This document shows positions 1 through 9,622 of a DNA stretch of 64,000 bases, one piece after another (within the stretch, counting starts at the first letter, position 1; each line of letters opens with the position of its first letter). Source of the DNA: Longimicrobiales bacterium (GTDB lineage: Bacteria; Gemmatimonadota; Gemmatimonadetes; Longimicrobiales; Gaopeijiaceae); contig CBDCNQ010000004.1 in assembly GCA_965219445.1 (NCBI GenBank), positions 1,088,001-1,152,000 on the forward strand, in the 5' to 3' direction. The translations under genes and the position numbers were made by a program. The notes under the pieces are model-generated. The model saw nothing but the letters and a program-made list of their open reading frames with translations, was not told the origin of the DNA and made no database searches.

Positions 1-41
1 AGCTCTTGTTCCGTGGATCTCGATGGGGGCTGGTCCCATGA
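1..41 (+). CDS. 3' end of upstream gene, probably BatA-like VWA protein (partial)
   Basis: Frame from nt 3 reads LLFRGSRWGLVP*; the TGA overlaps the next ATG (ATGA 38-41); context is a VWA/TPR operon. Confidence 0.5.
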   Translation, partial: LLFRGSRWGLVP

Positions 42-1162
42 CGTTTCTGGATCCGTCGTTCTTCCAGGTCGGAGTGGGGCTGACCGCACTCGTCCTCGTC
101 GGTCTCCTGAGCCACGCGGGGCGCCGACGCCGGTTGGCCGATTTCATCGGTGGACGACGGGCGGTCCATCGGCTCTCTCGGTCCGACCTGTACCGGCTCC
201 GGGTTGAACGGGCTCTTCTGCTGGGGATCGGTGGCTTGGCACTCGCCGCCGCAGCGGCGGAGCCGCACTGGTCGGGATCTCCCGAGCTGCCAGCGGTGAA
301 CAGCGTAGTCCTCGGGATCGACGTATCGGCGTCGATGCAGGCAGTCGATGTAGCTCCGACCAGACTAGCGCGGGCCGTAGAAGTCGCAGGCGAGTTGCTC
401 GACGCCCTCGAAGATCACCGGGTGGGGCTCGTGCTCTTCGCGGGCACCGGATATTCCATCGCACCACCAACGCACGACCACCAGGCCCTTCGTTCCCTGC
501 TGGAGGGTGTGACACCGACGATGGCGAGTGCGTATGACCCGGGGTCGCTCCTGTCGGCCGGAATCGAAGAGGGGATCTCGCTCCTCGGGCGCCAAACGCC
601 TCTGGCTGTCGAGACGGACGGGCTGGGGGTCGGCGCCGATACGGTGGCTCAGGAGCGGGAGGGGGAACAGCTCATCGTGCTGCTCACCGACGGTGAGGCC
701 GGCGAGGCCGACGGGGATGTGTCGCGAGCGGTCGAGATGGCCCTGGAAGCCGGGATCGGGATTCACACGATCGGTGTTGGCACGGAGCAAGGTGCGGGCA
801 TGATCATGCCTGCCAGCGCGTACCAGATCGGCGGCCCGGTTCTGGACGCGACGGGGTCCCCGAGCACTTCGCGGCTTCGGGAACCGCCCCTTCGTGATTT
901 GGCAGCGGCCGGCGGCGGCCGATATGCGAACGCCGGAAGCGGAGCCCAAGTCCGGGCGCTCACGGGAGAGCTCCAGGCATCGGGATTGATCCGGCAACAG
1001 AATCCCGGCGACGAGGTGCCTGGCTGGGCCCGTTACGACCTCCCGTTCCTTCTGGGCCTCGTGGCGCTCGTCCTTATTCTGACTGAGAGCTTGCTCGATA
1101 TGACCCTGCCGGAGCGCTGGTCTTCGCGTATACGGGAATGGGCATGGGGGAAATCGGCATGA
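38..1162 (+). CDS. VWA domain membrane protein (BatB-like)
   Basis: MIDAS motif DVSASM, LLTDGE, TIGVGT; N- and C-terminal TM segments. Confidence 0.85.
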   Translation: MTFLDPSFFQVGVGLTALVLVGLLSHAGRRRRLADFIGGRRAVHRLSRSDLYRLRVERALLLGIGGLALAAAAAEPHWSGSPELPAVNSVVLGIDVSASMQAVDVAPTRLARAVEVAGELLDALEDHRVGLVLFAGTGYSIAPPTHDHQALRSLLEGVTPTMASAYDPGSLLSAGIEEGISLLGRQTPLAVETDGLGVGADTVAQEREGEQLIVLLTDGEAGEADGDVSRAVEMALEAGIGIHTIGVGTEQGAGMIMPASAYQIGGPVLDATGSPSTSRLREPPLRDLAAAGGGRYANAGSGAQVRALTGELQASGLIRQQNPGDEVPGWARYDLPFLLGLVALVLILTESLLDMTLPERWSSRIREWAWGKSA

Positions 1163-1893
1163 CGAAATACGTCTTGGTGGCCACGATCCTTCTGGCGATT
1201 TTTTTGCTCTGGCGGGATCATCACAGCCTCGAGCGCGGCAATCGGCTCTACCGGGCCGGCGATTCCCCGGGCGCTGCGGAAGTCTATCGGGGTTCCGAGA
1301 GGGCGGGCGATGCGCTCCCGACGGTGGAATACAACTTGGGTACGGCCCTCCTTCAGATCGATCCGGACTCCGCGCAGGCCTACCTTATCCGGGTGGCGGA
1401 AGGGGAGGATCGTACGACCGCTCAAAAGGCCTTTTACAATCTAGGATACCGCTTCCTTACGGCAGTCCAGAACCCCATGGAGCTCGACGCTACCGTGAGT
1501 GCTCTGAGGGCAGCGGTCGCGAGCAATCGGTTGGCCCTTCGCCTCGATCCCGCCGATGAGAGCACCCGCTGGAACCTGGCTCTGGCGCAGGACTGGCTCG
1601 ACGCGCTGGCTCCGCCCGAGGAAGAAGAAGAGGTCCCCAGTTCGGGTGCGGAATCAGGCGACGAACCGGAGAATACGGGGGTCATCATTTCCGCCCCACG
1701 TCGGGGCGCGGTCGAGGGCGAACGTGAAGCTCTGGCCGGCCAGGATCCAGGGCCCATGAGCGCAACGGAGGCGTCCGGCCTGCTGGAAGCCGTAATCGAC
1801 GAGCCCGAATCTCTCATGAGAAGGATTCTCTGGTCTCATCGGCCGGACGTCCCCTGGTGGGAGGCCCAAGCGTACCCCGGGGGTGGATGGTAG
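1159..1893 (+). CDS. TPR protein (BatC-like)
   Basis: YNLGTAL / FYNLG / RWNLALA TPR motifs, acidic linker, ATGA overlap with the VWA gene. Confidence 0.75.
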   Translation: MTKYVLVATILLAIFLLWRDHHSLERGNRLYRAGDSPGAAEVYRGSERAGDALPTVEYNLGTALLQIDPDSAQAYLIRVAEGEDRTTAQKAFYNLGYRFLTAVQNPMELDATVSALRAAVASNRLALRLDPADESTRWNLALAQDWLDALAPPEEEEEVPSSGAESGDEPENTGVIISAPRRGAVEGEREALAGQDPGPMSATEASGLLEAVIDEPESLMRRILWSHRPDVPWWEAQAYPGGGW

Positions 1894-1901
1894 GAGGCCG
1901 C

Positions 1902-2816
1902 ATGTCCCATCGATCAGGCAATCTGTTTAGGGCCATGCGAATGGCCGTCATCGGCACCGCCTTCGTGGCGGCAGCCGTAACGGGCGCTGCACGGCCCGCG
2001 GCGGGGCAGATCCAGCTCGATGTCATGACGTTCAACATCCGGACGTCGAACATCCCCGATGGGGGCAACGCTTGGCCGCATCGCAGAGAGCTGGTGGCGG
2101 AGACGATCCGTCGATTCGCACCCCAGGTGATCGGCATGCAGGAGGCCATGGACGAGCAGATCGAGTATCTCGCGTCCGCGCTACCGGACTACCGCTGGCT
2201 GGGAATGGATCGCCGGCTCAACGGGGGCGAGGGGCTCAGTGAGGCCACACCCATCTTCTACCGGCATGACGAGTTGACGCCGATCGAATCGGGCAACTTC
2301 TGGCTCACGGAGACACCGGACGTGCCACCGGTGCCGAGGAGCGGAACCGGCCGGCGCCGGCGAGGTGGCGGTCGCATCGTCACCTGGGCGAGGTTTCATC
2401 ACCAGGCCAGCGGGCAGGCGGTGTACGTCTTCAATACCCATCTCTCGCCGAGGCGAGGGCAGGGACAGATCGACGCGGTCAACTTGATCCTAGAGCGGGT
2501 CGGGGCGTTGCCGTCGGGTAGCGCCGTGATCGTCCTGGGCGACTTCAACAACGTCGGGGAGGAGAGCGACCTCTGGCGAATCGCCACGAGCCATGGGCTC
2601 GACGACGCCTGGGTCATGGCTGACGAGCGGCGGGGTCCGCCCATGACTCGGAGCGACTTCGGTCCGCCGGAAAACGGGTACGCCGAGCGGATCGACTGGA
2701 TTCTGGTCGGAGGTCCGATTCGCGTCCGCTCGGTCGAGACGGTCCTTCACAACGACGGAGGCCGCTACCCGTCGGATCATTACCCGGTCACCGCGCGTCT
2801 CGAGGTCGACTATTAG
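1902..2816 (+). CDS. Endonuclease/exonuclease/phosphatase family protein, secreted
   Basis: MTFNIR, GMQE, NTHL, GDFN, IDWI, SDHYPV motifs; GGAGG RBS; signal peptide-like N-terminus. Confidence 0.9.
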   Translation: MSHRSGNLFRAMRMAVIGTAFVAAAVTGAARPAAGQIQLDVMTFNIRTSNIPDGGNAWPHRRELVAETIRRFAPQVIGMQEAMDEQIEYLASALPDYRWLGMDRRLNGGEGLSEATPIFYRHDELTPIESGNFWLTETPDVPPVPRSGTGRRRRGGGRIVTWARFHHQASGQAVYVFNTHLSPRRGQGQIDAVNLILERVGALPSGSAVIVLGDFNNVGEESDLWRIATSHGLDDAWVMADERRGPPMTRSDFGPPENGYAERIDWILVGGPIRVRSVETVLHNDGGRYPSDHYPVTARLEVDY

Positions 2817-2828
2817 GCCCGTGCCGAC

Positions 2829-4088
2829 CTAGCAGTAGCCGACCGGCGCGTCGATGAGGACCCGTCGCTCCCGCAGTTCCTCGTATCCCGACCCGAGGGT
2901 CTCGCGCAGGATCGGGCCACTCAGGTCCGCCTCCACGGTGATGCGGTCCGGCAGGTACCGGCGGCATTCACCGAACTCTGCCTCGTATTCGGGTGTGGGG
3001 AAGGTGAGCGTCAAGATCGACGACTCGCCGCGCCGTTCAACCCGATACAGCGGGTTGACCGACAGCTGGCCTGTCACGTCACGCTCATCCGTCAGCTCGT
3101 AACGACGAAAGAGATCAGCCCGAGTGCTGGCGACCAGCGTGAGCGACGGCTCGGTGCCGAGCTGCTCGGGCGACATATCTCGCGTCAGGTCGACGACACG
3201 GTGCTCGATCACGTCGTTGAAGATCCGCTCATCGCTGAACAGTCGCGGCTGGAGTGGCTCGAAGAGCGCCCGATACGCCGCTGGCGTGAGCGTGTCGCCC
3301 GCCGAGAAGTTGTCGCCGAGCGCGCTGTGAAGGTGCGGCATCACCACGACGCCATCCGCGCCCGCAAGACGCATCATCTCTTCGGCCAGCAGTCGCTTGT
3401 GCCAGATGTACGGAAACGCGTCGGCGAGGACCACGGTCGAGAACGTCCCGCGAGCGAACGGGAGCGGATGGTTGGCGTCGCAGCAGACCGGTTCGGAGTC
3501 GGGCGCAGTGAACCGGCTGGCGAGCCACAGCTTCCAGAAGTGCACGTCGGCGAGCACCGTGCCCGGGACCAAAGGCCCCCCGGGGGGGCGCAGACCGGCG
3601 AGGACCCGGGTCAGATGACCTGAGCCGCCGCAGAGATCGAGGGTGCGGCCTTGGACGGGCCAGTGTTCCTGGCCGATCGCCCGCAGCAGCGTTTCCCCGG
3701 TCAGAAACGTCGGGTCCGTGAAGCGATAGAGAAAGTACGGGCCCTCGGCGTCGCTGCACAGAATTTCGAGGGCGTCGCGATACGTCGCGGTGTCAAGCGC
3801 CATGAGCGCGCGAAAGCGTTCGCTGCGTGCCGCATCGTCAGAAAGGCCCAGGAGGCCGAAGAGCGCCTCCTCCCCCCGGCCCGCCTCGAGGGCATGCAGA
3901 GCGTGCCGCGTCACATCGTCGGCCATCATCACGGGGATACCGGCGACGACAGGAAAGGCGCAGCACTCGCACGCGAGCACCCCCGCGTCGATGCGGGCGC
4001 CCTCGCGCGTCAGCGCGTCGTTCTCGACGATCGAGACAACGGTACCGCAAAACGGGCAGCGCAGGATGTCCAGGAGGCTTGCGTGCAT
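2829..4088 (-). CDS. Class I SAM methyltransferase with N-terminal Trm112-like Cys-rich domain
   Basis: LLDILRCPFCG...LACECCAFPVVAGIP, then LDLCGGSGH SAM motif and CDANHPLPF. Confidence 0.75.
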   Translation of the reverse strand: MHASLLDILRCPFCGTVVSIVENDALTREGARIDAGVLACECCAFPVVAGIPVMMADDVTRHALHALEAGRGEEALFGLLGLSDDAARSERFRALMALDTATYRDALEILCSDAEGPYFLYRFTDPTFLTGETLLRAIGQEHWPVQGRTLDLCGGSGHLTRVLAGLRPPGGPLVPGTVLADVHFWKLWLASRFTAPDSEPVCCDANHPLPFARGTFSTVVLADAFPYIWHKRLLAEEMMRLAGADGVVVMPHLHSALGDNFSAGDTLTPAAYRALFEPLQPRLFSDERIFNDVIEHRVVDLTRDMSPEQLGTEPSLTLVASTRADLFRRYELTDERDVTGQLSVNPLYRVERRGESSILTLTFPTPEYEAEFGECRRYLPDRITVEADLSGPILRETLGSGYEELRERRVLIDAPVGYC

Positions 4089-4104
4089 GAAAAATCTCAG
4101 CTGC

Positions 4105-4797
4105 TCAGAGCAGCACGGCCGCATTCTCGGCGAGACGCCTGATGAGCCTCAACGCCCGCTCGGCCGGACCGTCGGCCTCGAGCAGCTCCTGTCGGTGGGC
4201 AGGCTCGAGCCGGAGAAGGAGCGAGAGACCGTCGACGACCTGCTCGTCGGAGAGCTCCGGAGGAGGAGGCGGTAGTGGGGGCGAGACGGAGAGGAGGGCT
4301 TCTTCGAGTTCTTGGCGTCTCTGAGCGAGTAGCGGGCGTTCGCTCATCTCGACGGCCTCCGGAAGCGCCTCCACCTCCGCGAGCCGGTAAGAACGGCTCG
4401 CATCCTCGCTCAGGACACGAAACTTCACGAGCCCGGCCAGGACGATGTTGTACCGCCCGTCCGGTAGTTCCTCGACGTCGATGATGACCCCAGCGCAGCC
4501 GACAGAGTAGACCGGGGGTCGTCCTTCGTACTCCGCTTCGTAGCCCGGTTGCAGCAATATCATGCCGATGATGCTGTCGCCTTCGAGTGCGTCGGCCACC
4601 ATCGCGCGGTAGCGCGGCTCGAAGATGTGCAACGGCTGGATGCTGTTTGGAAACAGCACGACGTCCTGAAGAGGGAAGATCGGAATCGTCGCCGGCAGCG
4701 GCCTGGCTTCAGCCGATCCGGATTGGGCCGCGCCGAGACCCGGGGTACACAGGACAGCGATGGGCACGATCGCCCATCCCAGCGTCATGGGTCTCAT
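4105..4797 (-). CDS. LON peptidase N-terminal (substrate-binding) domain protein
   Basis: IPIFPLQDVVLFP...PLHIFEPRYRAMV; no ATPase or protease domain. Confidence 0.85.
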   Translation of the reverse strand: MRPMTLGWAIVPIAVLCTPGLGAAQSGSAEARPLPATIPIFPLQDVVLFPNSIQPLHIFEPRYRAMVADALEGDSIIGMILLQPGYEAEYEGRPPVYSVGCAGVIIDVEELPDGRYNIVLAGLVKFRVLSEDASRSYRLAEVEALPEAVEMSERPLLAQRRQELEEALLSVSPPLPPPPPELSDEQVVDGLSLLLRLEPAHRQELLEADGPAERALRLIRRLAENAAVLL

Positions 4798-5624
4798 GTG
4801 CCGCCTCCTATCGAGACCGGGTTGCCAAAGCGTTCGATGAACACGTCGTTGCGCGAGCCGACCACCGCACGCCGGTAGTGCTCGGTCCCGAGGAGCCGCT
4901 CGGCGTCAAGTTCGTTGAGGTACTCCAGCGCACTCCCGTCCAGCTGCGTTCGGTGGCATCGTAGCGCGGCCAGCTTCCGGCCCGCAAACTCTCCGGCCTC
5001 CACGACGAGTGTCGGCTCGGGCGCCATCGATCCAAACGCATCCGCATCGGCCACACCGAGGACAAGCCTCGGAGGCTCGTCACCACTCTCAGGGCTCTTC
5101 GAGGCCGCATCCACGATGGCACGCATTCTGCCTGCGGGCATGCTGACGTAGCGGAGGGCCGGACCGGCGGCGCCAAGCCGGGCGACCACGGCAGTAGTTC
5201 GTTCATGCACCGCGATGTGGTCAGGATGCCAGTAGAGGCCGTCCTCGTCGAACGTTACGACGACCTGTGGCCGGAACCGGCGGATGGCGCCGAGGATGTC
5301 AGCCTCGAGCCGCGCTCCGTCGATCCAGGGGAGCATGCCATCCTCGTGGTCGAGCAATACAACGTCACGAATGCCGAGAACCCGCGCGGCATCTCCCAGC
5401 TCAGTCGCCCGGGTGTCGCGAAGCCGTGCGCGATCGTGCCTCGGCCCGTGTTCGTGATCCTGCCCCGGACCGTGTTCGCCGTGTGTGAGGCAGAGGAGCG
5501 AGAGCCGCACCCCACATTCGGCACACCGAGCGAGCAGGCCGCCACACGCCAGCGATTCGTCGTCGGGGTGCGCGAAGACCGCCAAAAGGGAAGACCCGCT
5601 CAGATCATCGAGTGGCGTCGACAT
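4794..5624 (-). CDS. PIG-L/LmbE family deacetylase
   Basis: AHPDDE and HPDH metal motifs; K..AL.CH.TQ. Confidence 0.9.
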   Translation of the reverse strand: MSTPLDDLSGSSLLAVFAHPDDESLACGGLLARCAECGVRLSLLCLTHGEHGPGQDHEHGPRHDRARLRDTRATELGDAARVLGIRDVVLLDHEDGMLPWIDGARLEADILGAIRRFRPQVVVTFDEDGLYWHPDHIAVHERTTAVVARLGAAGPALRYVSMPAGRMRAIVDAASKSPESGDEPPRLVLGVADADAFGSMAPEPTLVVEAGEFAGRKLAALRCHRTQLDGSALEYLNELDAERLLGTEHYRRAVVGSRNDVFIERFGNPVSIGGGT

Positions 5625-5625
5625 G

Positions 5626-6666
5626 TCAGGCCGTGCGCTCGGCGCGATGACGCTTCGTGACCAGACGCGAGTAGGCCTCGACGTGTGCCTCGACCATGCG
5701 GTCGGGGCCGAAGCGCTCCACGGCGCGACTCCGCACCCGGCCCCGGTCGAGCGCCAGCACGCGTGGGAGCCCGTCGACGAGTGCGTCGAGCGAGTCGAAG
5801 ATCCCGCCGGTGACACCGTCATCGACGAGCTCACCGACGGCGCCGCGACGAAGCGCGGCAACGGGTGTTCCGCAAGCCATGGCCTCCGCCATGACGAGCC
5901 CGAAGGGCTCACTCGATTGCACGGGATAGAGCAGGGCTCGAGCCCCGCCGAGGAGTGTCACCTTCGCGGCGAGGTCTACCTCGCCGGCGTAGACGACCTG
6001 CCGGCCGTCGACCACGGGCGCGACGACGTCTCGATAGTAGTCATTCGCCGCCGCCGCGAGCATCAGATGCAGGCCGGTCCGTCGGGCTACGTCGATCGCC
6101 TGCAGTACGCCCTTGCCCTCCGTGAAGCGACCGAGAAAGACGAGGTAGTCGTCAGGTTGCGGGCGAAGAACGAACGTGGCCGTGTCCACTGCGTGATGAA
6201 TCGTCCCCACGACGTTGAGTCCGGCGAGCTGCCGCTCTTGCACGGCCGAGATGGCCACGAACGGCGCCGCCGGATAGCGCGACCAGAGCGCAACCTCGGG
6301 CGACGTCGGCGCGTGGTGCAGGGTGAGCAGTAGCGGTGTGGGCGAGAGCCGGGCGAACGCCAGCGATATCGGAGCGTACTCCGCCTGATAGTGAATGATA
6401 TCGAATTCGGCGGCCCGCTCGACGGCAGCGGCGAGGTTGAACAGCTCGCAGAGCTCCCATGGCCACAACGACGTGTCCTCGTGATAACCGGTTGAAAAGG
6501 TCGCTTGGAGCTTGGCAGTCGTCGTCGATGATCCGGTCGCGAAGAGGGTGACTTGGTGGCCTCTAGCTACGAGGCCGTCGGTGAGGAGCGCCGTGACGGT
6601 TTCGACCGAGCCGGACCGGGTCGGCGGTATCGACTGAGCGACCGGGCCGACTACAGCGATACGCAT
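5626..6666 (-). CDS. Glycosyltransferase family 4
   Basis: MRIAVVGP, FLGRFTEGKG, EPFGLVMAEAMACGTPV. Confidence 0.9.
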   Translation of the reverse strand: MRIAVVGPVAQSIPPTRSGSVETVTALLTDGLVARGHQVTLFATGSSTTTAKLQATFSTGYHEDTSLWPWELCELFNLAAAVERAAEFDIIHYQAEYAPISLAFARLSPTPLLLTLHHAPTSPEVALWSRYPAAPFVAISAVQERQLAGLNVVGTIHHAVDTATFVLRPQPDDYLVFLGRFTEGKGVLQAIDVARRTGLHLMLAAAANDYYRDVVAPVVDGRQVVYAGEVDLAAKVTLLGGARALLYPVQSSEPFGLVMAEAMACGTPVAALRRGAVGELVDDGVTGGIFDSLDALVDGLPRVLALDRGRVRSRAVERFGPDRMVEAHVEAYSRLVTKRHRAERTA

Positions 6667-6670
6667 CGTG

Positions 6671-7792
6671 TCATCCGCATGCCTGCTCCAGAAACGGGGG
6701 CAGGACGTGAGACGCGTCGAAACACTCTCGTGCGATCTCAGTGGCACGGCCCGCATGAAGGGAGTAGTCGCTTTCTAGCCGCTCGAGGCCGTCGAGCGCC
6801 TCGTCGAGGGTCGAGAAGCCGATCAGACCGGTGCCCGAAGGGATGTGGGCGCTCCACCCGGTGTCCTGCACAAGAGCCGGTCGCCCGGCCGCCAGGTAGC
6901 ACTCCGTCCGATCGCTGAACCAGCCCGAGCGCCGAGCTACATAGGCGTGCTTGGCGACGCCGAACTCCGCCTTCGAGTCACGGATGAAGTCGCGGTAGTC
7001 CCAGAGCGATCTGGAGACGCCCATCGCGTCGATCGGCGACCAGCCGTGATCCCGGAGCAGCCCCATCGGACCGTTCACCGCGATCTCGATTCGCGACGGG
7101 GTGCGAGACGGTATCTCAATGAACCGAATGAACTCCCGGTCCTTGTCGCCGTCGACATCGGTGAAGCTCTCGGTCTTCCAGGTCATCACAGTGGTGAAGC
7201 GGTCACCGGCCGGCGGCTCGTCGGTGTGCCAGAGCTCGGTCACGACGGGCTGCCGGGTCGGGTGCCAGTCCAAACCGCTCGTCGGCACGTCGCAGGCCGG
7301 CGTGCCGATGTTCGTCCCGAACGTGAACAGACGGTCGAACCGCTGAAAGAACTCGACATACCACTCCTCGCCTTTCGCGATCGCGAGCTGTGTGAACACC
7401 GGGTCCGAGTCGACGAACACCCGGCGCGGGATCGCCGCGTACTCGTCACGCCAGAACCATGAGCCGCCGGAGAGGTTCACGAAGAGGTCGGCCTCGGCGC
7501 AGTAGGCGCGAACGGCATCCTTCGAAAGACCGTGATAAGACCCGTCGTAGTTGACGAAGCTCCAGCGGTCGCCGAGGCCGAACGGCTCGAGCGCTTCATG
7601 GATGTAGCGCGTGCCATAAGCGGGGTCGGTCGCGATCTCGTCGCGCTCCGGGTCGTAGATACACTCGCCAGTGTCCTCGATGTAGAGGACCTCGTGCCCC
7701 AGCGCCCGGAGGCCGAGGAGATACATGAGGGAACACCAGGTGACGCCACCGAACGGATACCGAGCGATGATGCCGGCGAACAGGATCTTCAT
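6671..7792 (-). CDS. GT-B fold glycosyltransferase-like protein
   Basis: GGVTWCSLMYLLGL..LGHEV, GWFSDRTECYLAAGRPALVQDTG; ATGA-coupled to the ABC gene. Confidence 0.65.
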   Translation of the reverse strand: MKILFAGIIARYPFGGVTWCSLMYLLGLRALGHEVLYIEDTGECIYDPERDEIATDPAYGTRYIHEALEPFGLGDRWSFVNYDGSYHGLSKDAVRAYCAEADLFVNLSGGSWFWRDEYAAIPRRVFVDSDPVFTQLAIAKGEEWYVEFFQRFDRLFTFGTNIGTPACDVPTSGLDWHPTRQPVVTELWHTDEPPAGDRFTTVMTWKTESFTDVDGDKDREFIRFIEIPSRTPSRIEIAVNGPMGLLRDHGWSPIDAMGVSRSLWDYRDFIRDSKAEFGVAKHAYVARRSGWFSDRTECYLAAGRPALVQDTGWSAHIPSGTGLIGFSTLDEALDGLERLESDYSLHAGRATEIARECFDASHVLPPFLEQACG

Positions 7793-9612
7793 GTGGTGGC
7801 CCACAGGAGCTCGTCCACCGTACCTATGTCATCGAGCGATTTACCTACCGATAGGCGCGCACACATCCGTCGGTAGAGCTCGCACGTCCTGACCAACTCG
7901 TGATGGCGTCCCTGGGCGACCACCCCCCCCTCGTTCAGCACGACGATGCGCGTGGCGTCGCGGATCGTGGAGAGGCGGTGGGCGATGACGAGCATGGTGT
8001 GGCTAGCGCGGAGCCGCCGCAGGGTGTCGAAAATCGCCCCTTCAGAGATCGCGTCGACTGCCGAGGTCGGCTCGTCGAGAATCAGGATCGGAGCCGCTTT
8101 CAGAAGCGCGCGGGCGATACCGATTCTTTGACGCTCGCCGCCCGAGAGTGTCGCGCCCGCCTCATGGACAGCGGTCTCGTATCCCTGTGGCAGACGAGTC
8201 ACGAAATCGTGAAGGTTCGCGTCTCGTGCCGCGGCCTCGACGTCGGCATCGGAAGCGTCGAGCCGCCCGTACCGGATATTGTCTCCGATCGTGCCGGTGA
8301 ACAGTACCGGCTGCTGCGGGACCAACCCGATCTGCTCACGAAGCGATTTGAGGGAGTACAGGGCAACATCAATGTCGTCGATGAGTACGCGGCCAGTGCC
8401 GGGCTCGAAGAATCTCGGGACGAGGCTGGCGATGGTCGTCTTGCCGGCGCCGGTGAGACCGACCAGGGCCACCAGTTCTCCGGGACGGGCCTCGAAGCTG
8501 ATCGAGTCGAGTACGTTCCGTTGGTCGTCGTAGGCGAAGCTCACTGCATCGAAGCGGACGTGTCCGGCGATGCCGTGGGCGTCGATAGCGTCAGGAGCGT
8601 CGAGAACCTCAGGGGTGAGGGCGAAGATCTCGCGGACGCGGCGAGCGCTCGCGACAGCCTGCTGCAGTGATCCGGCCGAGTGAGCGATCGCCGAGATCGG
8701 GTCGTAGACCGCGGCCAGATACGCGATGACGACGAGCAAGCTCCCGAGCGTCAGCGTGCCATTCAGGACATGGAGTCCGCCCACGATGAGGATCAGAGCA
8801 GTGCCGGCGAGCGTGATCGCGGTCACGGCGACCGAGAAGAGCGATTCCTGCCACGTCAGCCTGAGGCGGGCACGCATGGTGTCATCGCCGGAGCTCGAGA
8901 AGCGCGACAGCTCGTGGCGCTCCCGTGTAAAGCTCTTGACCGCGGCGACCGAGGACAACACCTCGAAGGCGCGCTCGATCAACGTCGCCTCCAGCGCCTT
9001 CACCCGCTCGGCGCGTTCCAGCATGGTACGTGAGTAGAAGCGAAGGCACACATAGAGAAATGGCGCCACCACGAGTGAGAGCAGGGCGAGCGTCAGGTCC
9101 ACGTAGACGAGGACGACGAACATGACCCCCAGATTGAGCATCGCGAGGGCCAACGGAAACACACCACCGATGATCAGGTCGTCCACGCAGTGGGCGTCGG
9201 CATCGAGCCGATAAACCGAATCAGCCGTTGGGGTCAGGACGTGGCGCCGCAACGGGAGCGCCTGGAGGTGTGCCAGCAGCTTGGACCGAAGGGTGTAGAC
9301 GACGCGCTGGGCTACCTGCACCTGCATCTGGGTGTGGATCATGCGGACCACCTCGTTGGCGACCTGGATGAGGAGACCCACCAGGACCACGGCCACGAGG
9401 ATGGCGACAGCGCTGCCAGCGACTGCTAAGGGGACGATGGCCGCCAGCTGTGCCGGGAGGGGGAGACCGCCCAGCACGTAATCCACGATCACCTTGAGCG
9501 GCCAGGGCGCCAGCGCCGCGAGGCCGACCTCCAGGATCGACAGCGCAAGGATCGCTACGGCCTGTCCGCGATACGGTCGAAGGAATCCAAGCGTCCAGGA
9601 AATCACGGTCAC
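7789..9612 (-). CDS. ABC exporter, fused permease/ATPase (MsbA/NdvA-like)
   Basis: TM domain, Walker A GLTGAGKT, LSGGERQR, ILILDEPTS, IAHRLST. Confidence 0.93.
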   Translation of the reverse strand: MTVISWTLGFLRPYRGQAVAILALSILEVGLAALAPWPLKVIVDYVLGGLPLPAQLAAIVPLAVAGSAVAILVAVVLVGLLIQVANEVVRMIHTQMQVQVAQRVVYTLRSKLLAHLQALPLRRHVLTPTADSVYRLDADAHCVDDLIIGGVFPLALAMLNLGVMFVVLVYVDLTLALLSLVVAPFLYVCLRFYSRTMLERAERVKALEATLIERAFEVLSSVAAVKSFTRERHELSRFSSSGDDTMRARLRLTWQESLFSVAVTAITLAGTALILIVGGLHVLNGTLTLGSLLVVIAYLAAVYDPISAIAHSAGSLQQAVASARRVREIFALTPEVLDAPDAIDAHGIAGHVRFDAVSFAYDDQRNVLDSISFEARPGELVALVGLTGAGKTTIASLVPRFFEPGTGRVLIDDIDVALYSLKSLREQIGLVPQQPVLFTGTIGDNIRYGRLDASDADVEAAARDANLHDFVTRLPQGYETAVHEAGATLSGGERQRIGIARALLKAAPILILDEPTSAVDAISEGAIFDTLRRLRASHTMLVIAHRLSTIRDATRIVVLNEGGVVAQGRHHELVRTCELYRRMCARLSVGKSLDDIGTVDELLWATT

Positions 9613-9622
9613 GGGGGCACCA

